A stretch of 64,000 nucleotides of DNA from an uncultured Coraliomargarita sp. (GTDB taxonomy: Bacteria > Verrucomicrobiota > Verrucomicrobiia > Opitutales > Coraliomargaritaceae), in assembly GCA_964474105.1 (NCBI GenBank), contig CAYYSE010000002.1, forward strand, positions 2,032 to 66,031, written 5' to 3'. Below are positions 30,142-40,096 of the stretch, in pieces. The stretch's first letter is position 1. Every line of letters starts with the position of its first letter. The notes beneath the pieces were generated by a model, which saw only the letters and a program-made list of their open reading frames with translations, made no database searches and was not told the origin of the DNA. A program made the position numbers and the translations under genes.

Positions 30142-31710
30142 ATGAAGCATCCGCAGCTCTATTGGGGAATTTTGGCGGCCGCATCCACCGCGCTGCTGTG
30201 GGTGCTCTCGATCCCGCCCTTTGACTTTGCCGAGGCGGCCTATATTGCCTTTGTGCCGCTGCTGCTCTGGCTGCATACGCGGCCGACCGGGAAGAGTGGC
30301 TGGTTGCTCCCATTTGCGACGGGCTGGTTGAGCTGGCTGGCAATTTTAATCTGGCTGCGGCATGTCACCTGGATTGGGACGATTTTGCTGAGTGCGGTGC
30401 TGGCGGGATTTTTCGTTTTATGGGTGGGCAGTGCGCGGGTGTTGCTGCCCCGCTTGTCCGGGCGCAGTTTCGCGGCACGGATGCTGGGCTTTGCCGGGCT
30501 GGCGGGCTTGTGGGTGCTGTTGGAGTGGCTGCGCACCTGGTTCATCTGGGGCTTCCCCTGGGCTCCGCTGGCGCTGAGCCAGTGGGAGCGTCCGGTGGTG
30601 TTGCAGATCGCGGCCTGGTCCGGCGCCTACGGGGTGTCCTTTGTGCTGATTTTCTTTAACTGCTGTATGGCGCAGACATTGCGCCATCGTTTTGTGCAAA
30701 AAGAGCACAGGATGTGGACCGGTTGGTTCAGCCCGGATCTGTATTTCGGAATGGGGCTGCTGGGACTTTGTATTTATGTCTTTTTCTCCAGCCTGCCGCA
30801 GCCGGGCTCCTTTGAGGAACTGTTTACTGCCGGCGTGGTGCAGCCCTACATTCCCCCTGACGTAAAGTGGGACAGCGACCGCGAGATTCAAAACCTGGAA
30901 GTGCTGGAGCGGCAGACGCGCTTTGTGGCCAGCCTGGAGAACGACCTTGTGTTGTGGCCCGAGGCGGCGGCACCCTGGCCGGTCATCGGCTATCCCACCA
31001 TGGAGGCGCGGGCCCTGCGGCTCGTGCAGGAAATCCATAAGCCCATTCTAATGGGCGCGCTTGCCTATATTCCCGCAGAAGATCACTGGTTTAACGGGGT
31101 GCTGCTGGTTGATCCGACTGCGGGGCTGGGCGAGGTCTTTTACCGGAAACGCGAGCTGGTGCCCTTTGGCGAATACGTGCCCAAACCGTTTGACCGGGTG
31201 GTTGAAAAGTTTGTCCCGCTGGACGGGAGCTTCCAGCCCGGTGCGGAGCCCGCGCTGATCGACTTGGAGATCAAGCAGCGGACCTTGAAAATCGGGTCGC
31301 TGGTTTGCTATGAAGATATCTTTCCGGCGCTGGCGCGTGAGAGTGCCCGCGCCGGTGCGCAGGTCTTTTTCGTGGCCACCAATAATGCCTGGTATGGTGA
31401 AGAGGGTGGGGCTGTCCAACATGCGGCACACTCGGTGCTGCGGGCGGTGGAAAACCGGCGGCCGGTGATGCGCTGCGGCAATGGCGGCTGGAGTGGTTGG
31501 ATTGATGCCTATGGCACGGTGCGCGATGTGCTCTACGATGAGCACGGCAGTATCTACTTCCGCGGTGGCGGGAGCTACACGCTTTCGCAGTTCAGGCAAT
31601 GGACGCGGCAGCAAAGCGTTTACACCCGTCATGGCGACTGGTTTGTCGCGCTCTGCGGTGGCTTCCTGCTGCTGAGCATTCCGCTGACACGCTGGCCACG
31701 CAGCAGCTGA
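30142..31710 (+). CDS. lnt: Apolipoprotein N-acyltransferase
   Basis: Multi-TM N-terminus, GFPW..LA.SQ, and nitrilase triad contexts WPEAA, YRKRELVPFGEY and VCYEDIFP. Confidence 0.94.
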   Translation: MKHPQLYWGILAAASTALLWVLSIPPFDFAEAAYIAFVPLLLWLHTRPTGKSGWLLPFATGWLSWLAILIWLRHVTWIGTILLSAVLAGFFVLWVGSARVLLPRLSGRSFAARMLGFAGLAGLWVLLEWLRTWFIWGFPWAPLALSQWERPVVLQIAAWSGAYGVSFVLIFFNCCMAQTLRHRFVQKEHRMWTGWFSPDLYFGMGLLGLCIYVFFSSLPQPGSFEELFTAGVVQPYIPPDVKWDSDREIQNLEVLERQTRFVASLENDLVLWPEAAAPWPVIGYPTMEARALRLVQEIHKPILMGALAYIPAEDHWFNGVLLVDPTAGLGEVFYRKRELVPFGEYVPKPFDRVVEKFVPLDGSFQPGAEPALIDLEIKQRTLKIGSLVCYEDIFPALARESARAGAQVFFVATNNAWYGEEGGAVQHAAHSVLRAVENRRPVMRCGNGGWSGWIDAYGTVRDVLYDEHGSIYFRGGGSYTLSQFRQWTRQQSVYTRHGDWFVALCGGFLLLSIPLTRWPRSS

Positions 31711-31829
31711 CCCTCTCCGCCGCCGCAGGGAGTCAATCGCATCAGTCAAGCCGATGCCTCACTCAGCTGGAACAGGTAGTTTGCGCCGGGTGGTACAATA
31801 CCGCACCAGCGCATTCAATTTTAAGAAAT

Positions 31830-31852
31830 GTCTGAAAACTTTCTTTTCAGAC
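31830..31852. promoter_or_regulatory. Perfect 9-bp palindrome GTCTGAAAA-N5-TTTTCAGAC upstream of tdh (operator or hairpin)
   Basis: The palindrome is read directly and ends about 60 bp upstream of tdh. Its function is inferred. Confidence 0.4.
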
Positions 31853-31913
31853 GCCCGGTTAGCAGTATGCTGGACTATTGCAACGTCGCTTGTAGGCGGG
31901 AAATATATCATTG

Positions 31914-32939
31914 ATGAAAGCTCTTGTTAAAAAAGAATCTGTTCGCGGTCTTTGGCTCGAGGACATGCCGGAACCCAAGGTCGCACAAAACGACATACTG
32001 ATCCGCGTGGAACGGACCGGAATTTGTGGAACGGATCTGCACATCTACAAATGGGATGAATGGGCCCAGGCCATCATCCCTGTCCCGATGATCGTAGGCC
32101 ATGAATTTGTTGGCACAGTGGTCGAAGTCGGCTCAAATGTAAGTGATTTCTTTCCGGGCGAAATCGTCAGCGCGGAAGGTCATGTTGTTTGCGGGCGCTG
32201 TCGTAATTGTTTGGCCGGACGCAGACATCTTTGCGCGGACAGTAAGGGGATCGGCGTCAACCGGACCGGTGCCTTTGCTGAATTCATTTCTGTGCCCATG
32301 ACCAACGTGTGGCACCACCGCCCAGGCATTGATCTGGATGTTGCTGCTATTTTCGACCCGCTGGGCAATGCGGCACATACGGCACTCTCCTTTAAAGTGC
32401 TGAATGAGGATATCCTCATCACCGGGGCAGGCCCGATTGGCATCATGGCGGTCGCCATTGCGCAGCACGCCGGAGCACGCCACGTCGTCATCACTGATGT
32501 CAATGAGTATCGGCTTGAGTTGGCGCGGAAAATGGGCGCAACCCTGGCCATCAATGTTGCAAAACAGAAATTGGAAGATGCGCTGGAGGAGCTGAATATT
32601 GTCGAGGGCTTCGACGTAGGTCTCGAAATGTCCGGCAATCCCTCGGCGTTTCATTCCATGATCGATCACATGTGCCATGGTGGTAAGATTGCCATGTTGG
32701 GCATTCCGGCGGGCAAGCTGGATATCGATTGGAACAAAGTCGTTTTCAACATGCTCACGATCAAGGGAATCTACGGCCGTGAAATGTATGAGACCTGGTA
32801 TGAAATGAGCGTTATGGTGGAAAATGGCTTGAACATTAAACCCGCGATTACTCACCACTTCCATTACTCCGATTTCCAGCAAGCCTTCGAATTGATGGAG
32901 AGCGGAAACTCCGGTAAAATCATCCTCGACTGGAAATAG
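31914..32939 (+). CDS. tdh: L-threonine 3-dehydrogenase
   Basis: [20 protein letters not shown], structural Zn CGRCRNC...[19 protein letters not shown] and [11 protein letters not shown]. Confidence 0.96.
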   Translation: MKALVKKESVRGLWLEDMPEPKVAQNDILIRVERTGICGTDLHIYKWDEWAQAIIPVPMIVGHEFVGTVVEVGSNVSDFFPGEIVSAEGHVVCGRCRNCLAGRRHLCADSKGIGVNRTGAFAEFISVPMTNVWHHRPGIDLDVAAIFDPLGNAAHTALSFKVLNEDILITGAGPIGIMAVAIAQHAGARHVVITDVNEYRLELARKMGATLAINVAKQKLEDALEELNIVEGFDVGLEMSGNPSAFHSMIDHMCHGGKIAMLGIPAGKLDIDWNKVVFNMLTIKGIYGREMYETWYEMSVMVENGLNIKPAITHHFHYSDFQQAFELMESGNSGKIILDWK

Positions 32940-32945
32940 ACTTTT

Positions 32946-34133
32946 ATGCACACGATTAAAGAACATCTCATCAGCGAGCTGGAGCAGATGCAGCAAGCTG
33001 GCACCTACAAGAACGAACGCGTCATCACCAGCCCCCAGGGCACCAGCATTCGGGTAGCCCATAGCGAGCCGGTGCTCAATCTGTGTGCCAACAACTACCT
33101 CGGCCTCGCTCAGCACCCGGAGATAAAGCAGGCGGCCCATGAGGCGCTTGAGGAATGGGGCTTTGGTTGCGCCAGCGTCCGCTTCATCTGCGGGACCCAA
33201 GGCATCCATCAGCAATTGGAGCAGGAGCTCAGCTGTTTCCTGGAGACGGAGGACACCATTCTCTATCCTTGCTGTTTCGATGCCAATGGTGGCTTGTTTG
33301 AAACATTACTGGGGGCCGAAGATGCCATCATCTCCGACGAGCTCAACCACGCCAGCATTATTGACGGCATCCGGCTCTGTAAAGCGAAGCGCTACCGCTA
33401 CAAAAATAACGACATGAGCGACCTTGAAGCCAAGATCAAGGAGGCGGCTGCGGCTGGCGCACGCTATAAACTGATTGCCACTGACGGGGTTTTCTCGATG
33501 GACGGCTATATCGCCGACCTGAAAAACATCTGCGATCTGGCCGACAAATACGGCGCCCTGGTCATGATCGACGATTGCCACTCAGTCGGATTCCTCGGGG
33601 CAAGAGGCAAAGGCACCCACGAGCACTGCGGGGTGTTGGGCCGTGTCGATATCATTACCGGCACATTGGGCAAGGCTCTCGGTGGTGCCAGCGGTGGCTA
33701 TACCAGTGGGCGCAAGGAAATCATTCAGTTGCTGCGCCAACGTTCGCGGCCCTATCTCTTTTCCAACACGCTCGCTCCAGCCATCGCCGGTGCCTCGATT
33801 AAAGCGCTTGAATTGCTGCGCAATTCCACCGAGCTGCGCGACCGGCTTGAATCGAATACCAAATTCTTCCGGCAGGGCATCCAGCAAGTCGGACTCGAAG
33901 TGCTGCCCGGCCAGCATCCCATCGTGCCGGTCATGCTGGGCGATGCCGCGCTGGCCTCGCGCTTCGCCGACGCGTTGCTGGCAAAAGGCGTCTATGTGAT
34001 TGGTTTTTCCTACCCCGTTGTGCCGAAAGACAAAGCGCGTATCCGCACACAGATCTCGGCGGCACACTCAACCGGTGAACTGGAAAAAGCGATCACTGCC
34101 TTTGGCGAAGTGAAAGCGGAATTGGGCCTGTAG
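32946..34133 (+). CDS. kbl: 2-amino-3-ketobutyrate CoA ligase (glycine C-acetyltransferase)
   Basis: [43 protein letters not shown] and [11 protein letters not shown]; 6 bp after tdh. Confidence 0.96.
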   Translation: MHTIKEHLISELEQMQQAGTYKNERVITSPQGTSIRVAHSEPVLNLCANNYLGLAQHPEIKQAAHEALEEWGFGCASVRFICGTQGIHQQLEQELSCFLETEDTILYPCCFDANGGLFETLLGAEDAIISDELNHASIIDGIRLCKAKRYRYKNNDMSDLEAKIKEAAAAGARYKLIATDGVFSMDGYIADLKNICDLADKYGALVMIDDCHSVGFLGARGKGTHEHCGVLGRVDIITGTLGKALGGASGGYTSGRKEIIQLLRQRSRPYLFSNTLAPAIAGASIKALELLRNSTELRDRLESNTKFFRQGIQQVGLEVLPGQHPIVPVMLGDAALASRFADALLAKGVYVIGFSYPVVPKDKARIRTQISAAHSTGELEKAITAFGEVKAELGL

Positions 34134-34221
34134 CCAGTCGCTGGAATCGCGCGCCCGCAATTTTCCGGTGGGATTGACCGTGGAGAATTACGCGAACGGA
34201 ACACGTTTTTCCGAACGGGAT

Positions 34222-35130
34222 TCACCCGATCCCGCGCTTTCGGAATATAGAGGGCGGGACTCCAATGTGTTTGCGGAACAAGCGGGAAAAATACAAGGCA
34301 TCCTGGAATCCCAGAAACTGGGCGATTTCACCAACCCGCAAATCCGAGGTGTCCAGTAGTTCGCAGGCGCGCTGAAGGCGTAATTCCGTAAAGTAGGTCA
34401 TCGGGCTCACGCCCGTATGTTCGCGAAAGGCCTCGCTGAAACGTGACACGGAAAGGCCGCAGCGACGCGCGTAAGCTGCCAGCAGTTCCGGCTCGCACAC
34501 ATGCGCGCGCATGTAGTCCATGACCTCCTCCAGGGACATACTGAGCCGTCTCCGCACAGGTTCCGGTCCTGGTTCATGTAACAAGCTCAGTATGTTGATT
34601 AGGGATCGGGACAAGTTCAGCAGGCAATGATCCGTGTAGCCGCGTTCAACTGTGGTCAGTATGGATTTGAAATGGCGGCGCAACGCATCCATTGCCGGGC
34701 AAAACAATACCGCCTGCTGCGCGGCAAAAGGGGTCCATTCAATCAGCGCCTCGGCCCCGGCACCCGCAAAATGAAACCAGTAGATCCTCCATGGATGGCT
34801 TGGATCGGCCCCATAGGCGTGCGGCTGATCCGGCGGAAAAAGAATGGCCTGGCCGGGGCCCAGTGAGTGGTGCAGCCCAGCCTGCTGCGCCCAGCCTCTG
34901 CCGCTTTCCACCAGAATCAGAATATGTGTGGCCGCCCCGTGCGGACGATACACCCGATGCCCCTCAGTCACGGGAAAGTAGCCCAGGTCCGTGACCAGGA
35001 AGTCCCGGGTATGTGGGCGATTACGCATCCGTTGAATCGCGGAAGGCGGCAGACGATAGAGGCGCTGCCCCTCAAAATCCTCCGCTCGGTTTTTCGTAAT
35101 ATTATCCATATTTCCAGAAAGACTCTCCAT
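34222..35130 (-). CDS. AraC-family transcriptional regulator
   Basis: Cupin-like N-domain (YGAD..HPW.IYWFHF) and C-terminal double HTH (GLSVSRFSEAFREHTG...GFQDALYFSRLFRKHIG). The start may be 35109. Confidence 0.92.
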   Translation of the reverse strand: MESLSGNMDNITKNRAEDFEGQRLYRLPPSAIQRMRNRPHTRDFLVTDLGYFPVTEGHRVYRPHGAATHILILVESGRGWAQQAGLHHSLGPGQAILFPPDQPHAYGADPSHPWRIYWFHFAGAGAEALIEWTPFAAQQAVLFCPAMDALRRHFKSILTTVERGYTDHCLLNLSRSLINILSLLHEPGPEPVRRRLSMSLEEVMDYMRAHVCEPELLAAYARRCGLSVSRFSEAFREHTGVSPMTYFTELRLQRACELLDTSDLRVGEIAQFLGFQDALYFSRLFRKHIGVPPSIFRKRGIG

Positions 35131-35172
35131 TTACAACGCAGCGGTGCCAGCCTATAATTAATATCATCTGTT

Positions 35173-36711
35173 ATGTCTCTAAGCCTCCCCGATTGGATAC
35201 TCTTTTTCTTTTTCTTCGCTGCCGTCATTAGTTTCAGCTTATGGAAGAGCCGTGGTTCTTCCGGGGCGGAGGAGGACTATTTCCTGGCCGGACGAGGTTT
35301 GCCCTGGTGGTTGATTGGGATCTCCATCGTCGCTGCCAATATTTCCACCGAACAGTTCGTCGGCATGGCCGGGCAGGGCGCCACCTCAGTGGGGCTGGCG
35401 GTGAGTTGGTGGCAATTGATCGGCTCGGTCGGCATTGTATTGATCGCCTTTACGCTGCTGCCGCGCTTTCTGAAAGCGGGCATCTATACCATGCCCGAGT
35501 ATCTGGAATATCGCTATAATGTCGTCGCCCGTTCCATCTTTGCGCTGCTGACTGTAGTCATTTATGTGCTCGTGCTCTTGACCGCAGTCCTGTTTTCCGG
35601 GGCCTTGACGCTGCAGACGATTTTTGGGATCCAGCTGGCCCAGGCGGCTTGGATTATTGGCGGGGCAGCCGCCATCTATACGGCCTGGGGCGGCTTAAAG
35701 GCTGTGGCATGGGCAGACCTGATCCAGGGCCTGGCCTTGTTGGCGGGGGGCCTGGCCGTCTTTTTTCTGGGGCTTCAGGCATGTGGTGGCTGGAGTCATT
35801 TTGCCGCAGTCAATGCGGACAGGCTCCACATGGTTTTGCCCGCAAACGATCCCAGCCTCCCCTGGACCGGTGTTACCGGCGGGATGTGGATCGTATTGAT
35901 CTACTATTGTGGCTTAAATCAATTTATCGTTCAGCGCAACCTGGCCGCAAAGACCCTGCGCGATGGTCAACTGGGGATGATTTTTGCCGGTGCCCTCTGG
36001 CTGCTGGTGCCATTTGCCATCGTCATGCCGGGAATCATGGCCTTTCAACTGTATCCAGCTGAACTGTCGGCCACACCGGACAAAGCTTATCCCACCCTAA
36101 TCGCCAACCTGCTGCCGGCAGGCATGCGGGGCTTTTTATTGGCAGCGCTGGCTGGCGCGATCACCAGCTCGCTGGCTTCAATGCTCAACTCTGCCTCCAC
36201 CATCTTCACCCTGGATATTGTGCAGCGTCTGATTAAAAAAAACGCCCAACAGCGCAGCCTGGTCTGGTTCGGACGCCTGATGGTCTTGATTTTTATCGTG
36301 ATCGGCTGCCTGCTGGCACCCATGTTGGCCGACCCCAGGTTCGGTGGGGTCTTTCAATACATTCAACAATTCCAGGGCTATATCTGGCCGGGCGTCGTAG
36401 CCGCATTCCTCTTTGGTATGATCGTCCCCAAAGCTCCGCCCGCAGCTGGGGTGACGGCTCTTGTTGCCGGCCCGGTTGCCTACGGCCTGTTGCAGCGATT
36501 TGCGGTGGATATTCACTTTCTACTGCAAGTGCTGATCGCATTTATCATTGTCTGTGTGCTGATGGCTGTGATCACCGCCGTCCGGCCGATGAGTCAGCCC
36601 AAAGTCCTGCCGGTGCGCGCGGATCTGGATATCACAACCGATCCCAGAATCAAAGCCCTCGGGGGCCTCGTCATCGCGGCAGTGGCAGTTTTTATCGTTA
36701 TCTTTTGGTAG
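35173..36711 (+). CDS. Sodium:solute symporter (SLC5/vSGLT-like), probably for a sugar
   Basis: YFLAGRGLPWWLIG.S..AANISTEQFVGMAG, TMPEYLE.RY, NQFIVQR.LAAK and AAL..AI.SSLASMLNSASTIFT. Confidence 0.92.
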   Translation: MSLSLPDWILFFFFFAAVISFSLWKSRGSSGAEEDYFLAGRGLPWWLIGISIVAANISTEQFVGMAGQGATSVGLAVSWWQLIGSVGIVLIAFTLLPRFLKAGIYTMPEYLEYRYNVVARSIFALLTVVIYVLVLLTAVLFSGALTLQTIFGIQLAQAAWIIGGAAAIYTAWGGLKAVAWADLIQGLALLAGGLAVFFLGLQACGGWSHFAAVNADRLHMVLPANDPSLPWTGVTGGMWIVLIYYCGLNQFIVQRNLAAKTLRDGQLGMIFAGALWLLVPFAIVMPGIMAFQLYPAELSATPDKAYPTLIANLLPAGMRGFLLAALAGAITSSLASMLNSASTIFTLDIVQRLIKKNAQQRSLVWFGRLMVLIFIVIGCLLAPMLADPRFGGVFQYIQQFQGYIWPGVVAAFLFGMIVPKAPPAAGVTALVAGPVAYGLLQRFAVDIHFLLQVLIAFIIVCVLMAVITAVRPMSQPKVLPVRADLDITTDPRIKALGGLVIAAVAVFIVIFW

Positions 36712-36751
36712 GCCTTGCGCGCCAATTTCATTATCGCGCGGAATACATGAC

Positions 36752-39700
36752 ATGAGCAAAGTAATCGCCAACCGTGAACCGCTGGACATCCCGACTTACC
36801 GGCTGGGAATGCCTGAAAAAAACCCGCTCTTTTTTGAGAAACGGGTCTATCAGGGCTCCTGCGGCAAAGTTTATCCCTTACCTTTTATTGATAAGGTATA
36901 TGACGAAGCGCAACAACTGGAGTATGACTCCGTGCGGCTGGAGAATGATTTTGTGCGGCTGGTGATGCTGCCGGAAATCGGCGGACGCATCTTCCTTGGC
37001 CAGGATAAGGTCAACGCTGACTACGATTTTTTCTACCGTCAGGATGTGATCAAACCGGCCCTGGTTGGCCTGGCGGGACCGTGGATCAGTGGTGGTGTCG
37101 AATTCAACTGGCCTCAGCACCATCGCCCCGGCACTTACATGCCGGCTGATTTACAGATTGAGAAAAAGCCTGACGGATCGCGGATTGTCTGGATGTCCGA
37201 ACATGATCCGCTGAATCGTCTAAAGGGCATGCATGGGGTCTGCCTGCGGCCCGACAGTGCGCTGGTCGAATTGAAAGCGCGCCTGTATAACCGGACGCCT
37301 TTGACCCAGAGCTTTTTGTGGTGGGCCAATGTCGCGGCGGAGGTCCACGACAACTACCAGAGTTTTTTTCCGCCGGATGTTCATTATGTGGCCGACCACG
37401 CCGTCCGGGCGATGTCATCGTTCCCGATCGCCCGCAATGATTACTACGGGGTGGACTATGCGTCCCGCCAGGGGGCAAACGACCTGAGCCGCTATAAGCA
37501 TATTCCGGTTCCGACCAGTTACATGGTGTGCGATACCAGCTTCAGCTTCTTTGGCGGTTACGACTTCGATGCCGGGGGCGGATTTATCCATGTCGCGAAC
37601 CCCCATATTGCACCAGGCAAGAAGCAGTGGACCTGGGGCAACCATGAGTTCGGATGGGCATGGGATCGGGAGTTGACAGACCGCATCGGCGCAACCGGAC
37701 GCCCTGCCCCCTATGTGGAATTAATGGCCGGTGTTTACACCGACAACCAGCCGGATTTCAGTTACCTGTTGCCTTACGAAACCAAGACGTTTTCCCAATA
37801 CTGGTGGCCGTATAAAAAAATCGGCCCGGTCCAAAATGCCACCAGAGACGTGGCTGTCCGGATGGTGCTGAATGAGGATCGTTCGCTGGATTTGGGTGCG
37901 GTGGCCTCCCGCAAGCTGGATGGCGCACGGATCCTGCTGCGCCAGGGGGAGCGCGTGCTGCTGGATGAGCGCGTTGACTTGTCGCCGGAGAGGCCCTGGC
38001 AAAACAGCATGCTCAAATTGGCGGGCGATGATTTCTACGCGCTGGAACTTGCGGTGGAAGGCATGATTGCCTACCGCCCGGTGGATCCCTCGACACTCAT
38101 ACGGCAGCGGGAACTGGCCAGCGAGCCAGCGCTGCCCGCAGCCATCAAAACACAGGAAGAACTTTACTTGACCGCGGAGCACCTGGAGCAGTATCGGCAT
38201 CCCACGCGCTACCCCGAACTGTATTGGGAAGAGGCGCTGCGCCGCGACCCGGCAGACCTGCGTACGCACATCGCTTGCGGGCGCAGAAAATTGAACCAGG
38301 GCTTGTTTGAGGAAGCGGCGGCGCATTTTGCCACTGCTGTCAAGCGCCTGACCCTGCGCCATCCAAATCCGGAAACGGGCGAGGCGCATTATTTCTTTGG
38401 ACTGACCCGCCGCTACCAGGGCGACTTCGATGCGGCCTACTGCTTATTGTATAAAGCAAGCTGGAACTATGCCTGGCGCGCTGCGGCCTATTACGAACTC
38501 GCGTGTCTCGACATTCGGCGTGCCCATTTCGAAACCGCCCTCGATCACCTCGAGCTGTCACTGGAGACCAATGCGACCAATAATAAGGCACTGGTAGCCA
38601 AGGCAATTTGCCTGCGCAAGAGCGGTCGCGATCAAGCCGCACTGGAGGTCCTCAAGCACCTGCTGGCTGTTGACCCGCTGGATCACTGGGCACAGCTGGA
38701 ACAAGCGCTTTGCCAGGGCCGCGCAGCCGCGCTGCCCCCCAGCAGCCGCAACGATGCCCAAACGGCGCTCGATGTCGCCTTCGACTACTCAGATTGCGGC
38801 TGTTTCACCGAGGCAGCAGCGGTCCTGGATCAACATCATCGCAATGAAGTCCGCCCGGTGCAGGTCCCCAATCCACTCGAGCGCACTGCCATGACGCATT
38901 ATGCTTTGGCTTGGGCACTCACCTGCTGTGGTGAAGCCGCTCAGGCGGATAAGGTGATCGCGACTGCCCGCAAGCTGTCTGCGGACTATTTTTTCCCCTC
39001 GCGGCTGCACGAACAGTTGGTGCTGGAGTGGGTGCTTGCGCTCGGAGAGCCCGACCGCAATGCAGCCTACGCGCTGGGGAACTACCTATTTGACAAGAAG
39101 CGTCATCAAGCTGCTATCGACAGGTGGGAAGCGGCGAAGCAGGCAGATGCAGATTTTGCCACGGTCCACCGCAATCTCGGCATTGCCTACTGGAATGTCC
39201 ACCGCGACGGTGATTTGGCCCGCGCCAGCTATCAGGCGGCCCTGGATTGTGATCCGGACGATGCGCGCCTGGTCGCGGAATTCGTCCAGTTGTGCGGCAA
39301 GCTCGGAGACAGCGCGCAGGACCGGCTTAAATTCCTCGAAAGTAAACGTGGACTCGCACTGCAACGCGACGATGCGACGGTTGAACTGGCAACGCTTTAC
39401 AACGAAACCGCCCAAGCCCAAAAGGCACTGGACTTACTGCTCTCCCGCAGTTTTCACCCGTGGGAGGGTGGCGAGGGAAAAGTGCTTCGCCAATACACGT
39501 CCGCGCACTTGTTACTCGGGCAGGCAGCCCTGAAATCCGGGCAGGCCGAATCGGCATGGGAGCATTTTCAGCTGGCCCATAATACACCGGACCAACTCGG
39601 TGAGAAATATCATCTGCTGCAGGCAAAGGCCGATGTGAGCTACTGGCAAGGCATGGCGCTGCGAGCTCTTGGGCGCGAAGCGGAGGCAATCAAACAGTTT

Positions 39701-39997
39701 GAGGCTGCGGCCATGGAGTCGGGCGATTTCCAAAGCATGGCCGTTACGGAATTTTCCGAGTTGACTGGCTACAAAGCTCTTGCACTGCGTGAACTGGGAA
39801 GATGCACGGAAGCGGAAGCCGTTTTTACCGCCATGGCCGACTACGCCAGCAGGGAAATCAAAGTGCCTGCCACAATCGACTACTTTGCGACCTCACTGCC
39901 GAACTTGCTTGTCTTTGAAGAAGATCTCGCTGATGCCAAACAGGCTGACATGCAAAAACTGCTGAATTTCGTCGCTCAGCACAAAAACGTGAGCTGA
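36752..39997 (+). CDS. DUF5107 plus TPR-repeat protein (E. coli YphG-like)
   Basis: RVYQGS.GKVYP, LENDFVRLVMLPEIGGRI, IKPALVGLAGPWISGGVEFNWPQHHRP and PGKKQWTWG, followed by many TPR-like helical repeats. Confidence 0.85.
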   Translation: MSKVIANREPLDIPTYRLGMPEKNPLFFEKRVYQGSCGKVYPLPFIDKVYDEAQQLEYDSVRLENDFVRLVMLPEIGGRIFLGQDKVNADYDFFYRQDVIKPALVGLAGPWISGGVEFNWPQHHRPGTYMPADLQIEKKPDGSRIVWMSEHDPLNRLKGMHGVCLRPDSALVELKARLYNRTPLTQSFLWWANVAAEVHDNYQSFFPPDVHYVADHAVRAMSSFPIARNDYYGVDYASRQGANDLSRYKHIPVPTSYMVCDTSFSFFGGYDFDAGGGFIHVANPHIAPGKKQWTWGNHEFGWAWDRELTDRIGATGRPAPYVELMAGVYTDNQPDFSYLLPYETKTFSQYWWPYKKIGPVQNATRDVAVRMVLNEDRSLDLGAVASRKLDGARILLRQGERVLLDERVDLSPERPWQNSMLKLAGDDFYALELAVEGMIAYRPVDPSTLIRQRELASEPALPAAIKTQEELYLTAEHLEQYRHPTRYPELYWEEALRRDPADLRTHIACGRRKLNQGLFEEAAAHFATAVKRLTLRHPNPETGEAHYFFGLTRRYQGDFDAAYCLLYKASWNYAWRAAAYYELACLDIRRAHFETALDHLELSLETNATNNKALVAKAICLRKSGRDQAALEVLKHLLAVDPLDHWAQLEQALCQGRAAALPPSSRNDAQTALDVAFDYSDCGCFTEAAAVLDQHHRNEVRPVQVPNPLERTAMTHYALAWALTCCGEAAQADKVIATARKLSADYFFPSRLHEQLVLEWVLALGEPDRNAAYALGNYLFDKKRHQAAIDRWEAAKQADADFATVHRNLGIAYWNVHRDGDLARASYQAALDCDPDDARLVAEFVQLCGKLGDSAQDRLKFLESKRGLALQRDDATVELATLYNETAQAQKALDLLLSRSFHPWEGGEGKVLRQYTSAHLLLGQAALKSGQAESAWEHFQLAHNTPDQLGEKYHLLQAKADVSYWQGMALRALGREAEAIKQFEAAAMESGDFQSMAVTEFSELTGYKALALRELGRCTEAEAVFTAMADYASREIKVPATIDYFATSLPNLLVFEEDLADAKQADMQKLLNFVAQHKNVS

Positions 39998-40096
39998 GGC
40001 TATTTTGACTTAGCCGCACCAGCGGGTGTTGTGAATGGATTCCCCGCGCCTCATTCCAGGCATGGTGAGGCCAAGGATGGGATAGCTCAGCCGGAG

